Of a DNA stretch of 20,703 nucleotides, positions 15,226 to 20,703 are shown piece after piece. The notes under the pieces were generated by a model. It was not told the DNA's origin and ran no database searches. It saw nothing but the letters and a program-made list of their open reading frames with translations. Position 1 is the first letter of the stretch, and every line of letters begins with the position of its first letter. The translations under genes and the position numbers were made by a program. The DNA is from Bdellovibrionota bacterium (GTDB lineage Bacteria; Bdellovibrionota; UBA1018; UBA923), in NCBI GenBank assembly GCA_040754655.1, contig JBFMCE010000071.1, positions 1 through 20,703 on the forward strand. The letters run 5' to 3'.

Positions 15226-15921
15226 TCAAAGAGGAGCCAAGATCCCGACCAGAGCTCCGAAGTTGCGGATGTGATTTGGCGTAAACCCCGCGTTGCCAAT
15301 GTGAGTGAGCCCACGCTCAATGCTGAACTCGACAACCCAATGTACATGCTTGTTCGCGGGCGGAGTCCACCTGGCCGAAACCGCAAGACCCACGTTCGTC
15401 GTGGGAAGGCGCTTGTACGACGGAAGATTATTGAGATTCGAAATAGGAACCGCGGCAAAACCGCCGCCAGCGGCCGAAAACTCAGGTGTGAAGTGCATGC
15501 GCAAAAGTGCTGGAACCGTGAGGTAACGCACAACAAAATTCGACCCTGAAGAAGAACTTGTTTTTGGCGTGAACGAGACGAACTGGGCGGCCAGGCCCAA
15601 GCCAGACTCCGCGCTCAGGGGTTCAAGGACTTTGCGTTCAACCGTGCCCGCAAGGTTCATCTGAAAAGAGCTGTCGTTTATTTTCTCGCCTCCCGTCACT
15701 GGCACATCCTGCACGAGCTGCGAAACACCCGCTCCCATCGCAAGTTTCGCTTTCCAATGGTCGGTTTCGGAATCTACGCCTACTTGAGCCTTGAATTCGC
15801 TCTTAGCGGGCTTGACGACGCTCGAAGCCGCATGGGTTGCCGGAACCGAGCCCCACAACACTAGGGATAAAGCCGCTGCGAATTTTGACGTTGGAAACGC
15901 GGTCGAGGTCCGTCTTTTCAT
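15226..15921 (-). CDS. Outer-membrane beta-barrel protein (small porin-like / OMP beta-barrel family)
   Basis: 231 aa with a signal peptide ending THA and amphipathic strands including YLTVPALLRMHF, FSAAGGGFAAV, VGLAVSARW, VVEFSIERGLT and NFGALVGILAPL. Confidence 0.7.
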   Translation of the reverse strand: MKRRTSTAFPTSKFAAALSLVLWGSVPATHAASSVVKPAKSEFKAQVGVDSETDHWKAKLAMGAGVSQLVQDVPVTGGEKINDSSFQMNLAGTVERKVLEPLSAESGLGLAAQFVSFTPKTSSSSGSNFVVRYLTVPALLRMHFTPEFSAAGGGFAAVPISNLNNLPSYKRLPTTNVGLAVSARWTPPANKHVHWVVEFSIERGLTHIGNAGFTPNHIRNFGALVGILAPL

Positions 15922-15927
15922 ACTCTT

Positions 15928-15956
15928 AGCGTTACGCGAAGGAGTTCCAAAGTCAA
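15928..15956 (-). promoter_or_regulatory. Putative sigma70 promoter of the beta-barrel gene, possibly leaderless
   Basis: TTGACT-N17-AACGCT, then 6 nt to the ATG; no clear SD. Confidence 0.4.
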
Positions 15957-16015
15957 TTGAACTTGTTTATCAACTGGCCCCGAGGGGAAAGAATTACTCA
16001 GCGTCCACGGCAAAC

Positions 16016-17860
16016 TCACATCCGCACGCCGATCCCCGACAACAAATCGGTCGCCCAGTGAAACGCATTGTGATTCTGGACTTTTTCTTTCATGCGATGC
16101 ATGCGCTGGAACCTCTCCTCACGCGTCCAATTGATCGCTTGATAGAGGGCATCCGCAATCTCTTCGGTCGAATAAGGATTGATGATGATCGCCTCTGATA
16201 GCTCGCGAGCCGCTCCCGTGAACCGACTTAAAATCAGCGCGCCCTGGTCAGAGTCTTGCGACCAGACATACTCTTTAGCGACCAGGTTCATACCATCGTG
16301 CAGCGACGTGACAAGACACACTTGCCCTAGCTGATAAAACTCGGCCACTTCCCGCCAGTCGAAATGGCCTTTGAGCAAGACAACCGGCCTATAAGTGCCG
16401 TCCGCGCTGCCGAACCTCTGATTCACGCGGGCCACCGCGGCCTCTACTTCCTCGATCAAGAAACGATAGCTTGGGATATTGGTGCGGCTTGGCGTACCCA
16501 TCTCGACGAAACTGAACTTCCCCACGTATTGCGGATACTTCTCAAGAAACCTCTCGACCCCGGCAATGCGCTCGACGAGCCCTTTGGTGTAATCGAGGCG
16601 GTCTACCCCTAATGCAATAACCTGTGAGTGAATACCGTACTTTTCCCGCAATTCCACCCGGCGCGGCGCCGTCAACCGAGGCACGGGCTCGGTAGCGATG
16701 CTGATCGGGTAACTACGAACGAGCGTCTCGTGATTTCCGATCGTCACCGAAAATCTTTCCCAATCGACCCGGCACTCAAGATAGCGGTCGCAAGTCTCCA
16801 AGAAGTTATTGCAATGGAATTGGGTATGGAAACCCACGACATCCGCTCCCAGCATGCCCTCGAGCAACTCTTTGTATTGCGGGCAGATCCCGAAAGCTTC
16901 GGGATTTGGCCAAGGAATATGCCAGAACAGCTCAATCGCCGCCTCCGGCGCACGCTCTCTGATGATCTTCGGCAGAAGCGCGTAATGGTAATCTTGCACA
17001 AGAATCACGAGGTCTGACGCCTTTTGCCCTTTTAGAGTCGTCTCCGCAAACTTCTCGTTCACTCGCTGATACATTTGCCAGTCTGAAAGCCTGAATACTG
17101 GTCTCGTATAGGCCAGGTGGCAAAGAGGCCAGAGTCCTTCGTTGGCGAATCCAAAGTAGTAACCCTCTTCTTCTTCTTTGGTGAGCCACACGCGCCTTAA
17201 CGTATAGGTAGGGTTTTCAGGCGGCACTTTGACTTCGCTGTTTGCGTCGACGACCTCTTGGTCAGCTGTTCCACTACCGTGCCCGACCCATATCCCTCCT
17301 CCGCACATTCTCATGATCGGCTCAAGCGCGCTCACGACTCCGCTTGCCGGACGCACCACTTCGATTTGACCATTTTTTTTCTCATGGCTATAGGGTTGCC
17401 GGTTCGCGACGATCACAAGCTTCCGGTCCTTGAGCACCTTATGGACCTGGGTCCGCAACTCCTGCCACCTGTCGTCTTCTCGAAAGGCTTCTTGTTCCTC
17501 ATTCAATCGGCCGGCATTCCAAACCAACTTGAGCCGTTCTTGGCGCATTTTGAGCGCCAAGGAACTCAACTCTCGCGTCAGCTCTCGGAATTCCTCCGGA
17601 AGCTTTCGGCTGGCCTCTTTCAGGCGCGCGCTCGGAACCTCGGCCCTGAATAAGCTGCGCGTCCACCTCACCAGAAACTGCAGCCACCTCCGCAGCAACC
17701 AATGTCTCAAGAGTTCGAACAATCCGAAGGCCATCAGCGCCGAAACAAGCGCGGTGAAAATCATTCGTACAAGCGTGTCTTCTACTTGGGTTTGTACGAT
17801 GGCCAATGCGAGGGTTGATAAGAGAACTGTTGATAGTGCTAGGCGATATAACTTTCTCAT
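16016..17860 (-). CDS. otsA: Trehalose-6-phosphate synthase (GT20) with an N-terminal two-TM / HAMP-like extension
   Basis: GT20 motifs VIVANRQP, SGVVSAL, WVGHG, GLWPLCH, QDYH, HIPWP, GVDRLDYTKG, DGMNLVAKEY and LSRFTGAA. The ORF opens at TTG 17935, but ATG 17860 (MRKLYRL, just before TM1) is the more plausible start. Confidence 0.92.
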   Translation of the reverse strand: MRKLYRLALSTVLLSTLALAIVQTQVEDTLVRMIFTALVSALMAFGLFELLRHWLLRRWLQFLVRWTRSLFRAEVPSARLKEASRKLPEEFRELTRELSSLALKMRQERLKLVWNAGRLNEEQEAFREDDRWQELRTQVHKVLKDRKLVIVANRQPYSHEKKNGQIEVVRPASGVVSALEPIMRMCGGGIWVGHGSGTADQEVVDANSEVKVPPENPTYTLRRVWLTKEEEEGYYFGFANEGLWPLCHLAYTRPVFRLSDWQMYQRVNEKFAETTLKGQKASDLVILVQDYHYALLPKIIRERAPEAAIELFWHIPWPNPEAFGICPQYKELLEGMLGADVVGFHTQFHCNNFLETCDRYLECRVDWERFSVTIGNHETLVRSYPISIATEPVPRLTAPRRVELREKYGIHSQVIALGVDRLDYTKGLVERIAGVERFLEKYPQYVGKFSFVEMGTPSRTNIPSYRFLIEEVEAAVARVNQRFGSADGTYRPVVLLKGHFDWREVAEFYQLGQVCLVTSLHDGMNLVAKEYVWSQDSDQGALILSRFTGAARELSEAIIINPYSTEEIADALYQAINWTREERFQRMHRMKEKVQNHNAFHWATDLLSGIGVRM

Positions 17861-17925
17861 GGCGGTACTTTTACACGCAAATTCCTGACTACATTGCAGG
17901 ACAATTGTGAACTTTTTCGAATCCC

Positions 17926-17953
17926 TTGCGTTCAAAAGATCTCACCTTACACT
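17926..17953 (+). promoter_or_regulatory. Putative sigma70 promoter of the GH15 gene
   Basis: TTGCGT-N16-TACACT followed by an AGGGAG SD-like sequence upstream of ATG 17980. Confidence 0.45.
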
Positions 17954-17979
17954 AAAGGTAAGGGAGAATCTCTTCAGCA

Positions 17980-19749
17980 ATGCTTGATTACGCCCTCATT
18001 GGAAACTGCCAAATCTCGGCTCTTATCGACAAGTTGGGCACCTATGTTTGGTGCTGCATGCCTCGATTCGACTCGCCTTCTATTTTCTCGAAACTCCTTG
18101 ATACGGAAAAAGCAGGATTCTGGTCCATCCTCCCTGAGGGAGACTACACGACGACACAGAGCTATATTGAAAACACAAACGTCGTTCGCACTCGTTTTGA
18201 GCTCAAGGGCGGCGATAAATTTGAAGTCATTGACTTCGCGCCTCGATTCTTCTTCAAAGATTACTTTTTCCGCCCCCCCCAGATCATTCGTATTATTCGA
18301 CCTATCTCTGGGCTGCCCCGCCTGCGCATGCAAATGCGCCCCGTATTTAATTATGGAAGCATCCAACCTCAAATCGTACCTACAGGCGCGGGGCTGCAGT
18401 ACAGCACCGCCGGCGAAGCGCTTTACTTGAGCTCAGACATTCCAGAAAGCTACATCACAGGCGAAACATTATTTGAGTTGAACTCGGTAAAGTACTCTGT
18501 CTTAAGCTATGGGCGCGCGTTTGAACTGCCGCTAAAGTTTGGCGCCGAAGAGTATCTTGACCGCACGATAAACTATTGGAGGCTTTGGGCCAAACATTGC
18601 TCTATCCCGTTCGAGTTTCAAAACGAAGTCATACGATCCGCGCTCGCTTTGAAATTGCATATTTATGAAGACACCGGCGCCATCATCGCCGCGACAACGA
18701 CTTCGATACCCGAAGGACCGGTGGGCGGGCGCTGTTGGGACTATCGCTACTGTTGGCTGAGAGACGCTTATTTCGTCATCAATGTGCTCAACCGGCTGGG
18801 ACATTTCGACGAAATGGAAAACTTCATCGAGTACCTGCTCAATCTTGCGATGTCGGAATCGTCTTCGCACCTTCAGCCCGTCTACGGGATCGGAGGGGAA
18901 AAAGTACTCGACGAACGCGAACTGGGCTGGCTTAGGGGCTACAAGGGCATCGGACCGGTGCGCGTTGGAAATGCCGCCTACACGCACCATCAACACGATG
19001 TGTATGGGGAGATGGTGCTCGCCATCACGCCGATCTTTTTTGACCAACGGCTCAATCGCCACGACCAACAACGCGTCTTTCAGAGCATCAGGAGATTGGT
19101 TGAACAGGCCATAGCCACCTTTGACCTCGCAGACGCGGGCCTCTGGGAATTTCGCTCAGACCACAAACACTACCTCTTCTCGAAGATCATGTGTTGGGCA
19201 GCGGTAGATCGCGGCGTGAAGATCGCGGCCAGGCTCTCGGCCCACGATCTTGTGCGCGAGTGGAGCGGGCACCTCGCCCGGATGCGGGACGTGATCGACC
19301 GGCACGGGTGGAATGAAAAACAGGGTTATTTCGCGCAACATTTGAACGGCAGCTCACCAGACGCGTCAAGCCTGTTGATGCACCAGTTGAATTACGTCAA
19401 CCCTCAAGACGAACGTTTTAAGAGAATGGTCGGCACCCTTGAAGCTTCACTGAAACGCGGCGATTTCATTTACCGTTACATTGATAAAGATGATTTTGGT
19501 TTACCCGAGACCGCTTTCACGATCTGCTCTTTTTGGATGGTTGAGGCCTTGCACGCAGTCGGAAGGAAACAAGACGCCAGAGACCTCTTTCAGATGCTCT
19601 GTTCGAAAGCGAATCACGTCGGTTTGCTTTCTGAAGACATGGATCCTAAAACTGGCGAGCTCTGGGGGAACTTTCCGCAGACTTATTCTCATGTAGGCCT
19701 CATCAGTTCGGCGATGAGGCTTTCAAAGTCTTGGGACGATGCCTTTTAG
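17980..19749 (+). CDS. Glycoside hydrolase family 15 (trehalase/glucoamylase-like)
   Basis: DYALIGNC...PRFDSPS N-terminal domain; GAIIAATTTSIPE, WDYRYCWLRD, GLWEFR and GLLSED...GNFPQTYSH. Confidence 0.95.
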   Translation: MLDYALIGNCQISALIDKLGTYVWCCMPRFDSPSIFSKLLDTEKAGFWSILPEGDYTTTQSYIENTNVVRTRFELKGGDKFEVIDFAPRFFFKDYFFRPPQIIRIIRPISGLPRLRMQMRPVFNYGSIQPQIVPTGAGLQYSTAGEALYLSSDIPESYITGETLFELNSVKYSVLSYGRAFELPLKFGAEEYLDRTINYWRLWAKHCSIPFEFQNEVIRSALALKLHIYEDTGAIIAATTTSIPEGPVGGRCWDYRYCWLRDAYFVINVLNRLGHFDEMENFIEYLLNLAMSESSSHLQPVYGIGGEKVLDERELGWLRGYKGIGPVRVGNAAYTHHQHDVYGEMVLAITPIFFDQRLNRHDQQRVFQSIRRLVEQAIATFDLADAGLWEFRSDHKHYLFSKIMCWAAVDRGVKIAARLSAHDLVREWSGHLARMRDVIDRHGWNEKQGYFAQHLNGSSPDASSLLMHQLNYVNPQDERFKRMVGTLEASLKRGDFIYRYIDKDDFGLPETAFTICSFWMVEALHAVGRKQDARDLFQMLCSKANHVGLLSEDMDPKTGELWGNFPQTYSHVGLISSAMRLSKSWDDAF

Positions 19750-19787
19750 GCGCCAGTTTTCAATTTAGACTGAAACCAAAAACTATC

Positions 19788-20039
19788 CTAGGATTTGTCG
19801 CCCGTTGGTTTTGTCGTCTTTAGCGCATCGGAAGGGTTTTCAGACGTCGCGTCTTTTGGCGCAGCGCTCTCATCTTTCAAGACTTCCACTTTTCCTGACG
19901 AGGGCGGACTATTGAGACCTTCCTTGAAGTTTCGAAGCGCCTTCCCCACGCTTGCTCCAAGCTCGGGAAGTTTACGTGGCCCGAAAATCAAAAGTACGCC
20001 AGCTAAAATGAGGAGATGTTCACCTGAAAGTCCAAACAT
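19788..20039 (-). CDS. tatA: Twin-arginine translocase subunit TatA/TatE
   Basis: MFGLSGEHLLILAGVLLIFGPRKLPELGASVGKALRNFKEGL: TM helix, FG hinge, amphipathic helix and charged tail. Confidence 0.95.
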   Translation of the reverse strand: MFGLSGEHLLILAGVLLIFGPRKLPELGASVGKALRNFKEGLNSPPSSGKVEVLKDESAAPKDATSENPSDALKTTKPTGDKS

Positions 20040-20046
20040 ATTGAAA

Positions 20047-20076
20047 TGTATACCTCGAGCTTAAATTATCGGTCAA
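20047..20076 (-). promoter_or_regulatory. Putative sigma70 promoter of tatA, possibly leaderless
   Basis: TTGACC-N18-TATACA, then 7 nt to the ATG. Confidence 0.4.
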
Positions 20077-20111
20077 CGCGAGAATCTCGGATTGGCCCGA
20101 AGTTCACAAAC

Positions 20112-20702
20112 CTAATCCATCTCTTCAATAAGCACTTGGTCAAGAGAGACCAGAGTTCGTGAAAGCGCCTCAATGCGGGCCTCTGCGATTTGAATCGCGT
20201 CCTCCAATGACCCTGGTCGCCAAGACTGCTGTAGCATCCTCGCCAAAGTCGAATCTAGGCGCACAGTCCCTGACATCCCAGCCGTTCGAGTGTTGTAGGC
20301 TTGCCGAATGATGCTTCGGAGCAGTTCAGACTGATGGGGTCGCGGCTCACGGACCAACAAGTAGTTTGCCGTATCATGAACGGTGAGGAAAACTTGTAAG
20401 GCGTTGTGCGCGGATTCTCTTGAGACATCCCACCTCGCGATCAAGTTCATCGCCGCCATAACCGCCTCGATATACTCGGAAGGGAATAACTTCCTCGCAG
20501 CAGGGCCTAGCTTTTCGACAAACATCTTGGCCTGCTCCGCTTCAGGCATCGCCTCAGCCATGTTCAAAGCTTTTAAAATTTCTTTCCGGGGCTCTGGGGT
20601 CGACTTCAGTGCCTTTTCCTGCAACATTTTCAGACGCGTCACCACCGGAAGAAGACCCATAAGCTCTGCCTGAGCTCTTTGATGAGCCGACAAACGAGCT
20701 TC
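20112..20702 (-). CDS. 3' part of a hypothetical helical protein, probably truncated by the window edge
   Basis: The frame stays open from the window end to the stop at 20112; no family recognised. Confidence 0.55.
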   Translation of the reverse strand, partial: EARLSAHQRAQAELMGLLPVVTRLKMLQEKALKSTPEPRKEILKALNMAEAMPEAEQAKMFVEKLGPAARKLFPSEYIEAVMAAMNLIARWDVSRESAHNALQVFLTVHDTANYLLVREPRPHQSELLRSIIRQAYNTRTAGMSGTVRLDSTLARMLQQSWRPGSLEDAIQIAEARIEALSRTLVSLDQVLIEEMD

Positions 20703-20703
20703 C

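Noticed and set aside
19750..19787. Bidirectional terminator between GH15 and tatA
   Set aside because: Only weak AT-rich or G-U stems are possible; no convincing GC hairpin.
1..20703. CRISPR array, tRNA/rRNA, IS or prophage genes, known riboswitches
   Set aside because: No spaced direct repeats, cloverleafs, transposase/integrase motifs or riboswitch consensus were seen by eye; an Infernal/Rfam scan would be needed to exclude small RNAs.

Overview
Gene-dense bacterial window, roughly 50-55% GC by eye with AT-rich intergenic stretches. Gene content and protein style suggest a Bdellovibrionota/Oligoflexia-like or other deltaproteobacterial-type organism (inference only). Left to right: a minus-strand run of flbD-motA-motB followed by a CsgG/FlgT-like protein and a second CsgG/FlgT-like protein fused to a subtilisin (S8) domain; two orphan genes; a two-gene lipoprotein operon; a small secreted protein; a stand-alone RAMA-like protein; an M20 dipeptidase; an outer-membrane beta-barrel; a membrane-anchored OtsA divergent from a GH15 hydrolase; tatA; and a truncated hypothetical gene. 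No rRNA, tRNA, CRISPR array or mobile element was seen. Main findings: (1) the two lipoproteins share one unrecognised domain, intact in the small one but split in the large one by a ~690-aa six-blade Kelch propeller inserted in a single loop; (2) the S8 domain has lost its catalytic Ser and oxyanion Asn, so it looks like a pseudoprotease on a CsgG/FlgT-like scaffold encoded just behind the flagellar stator genes. All family calls come from motifs recognised by eye; no searches were run.
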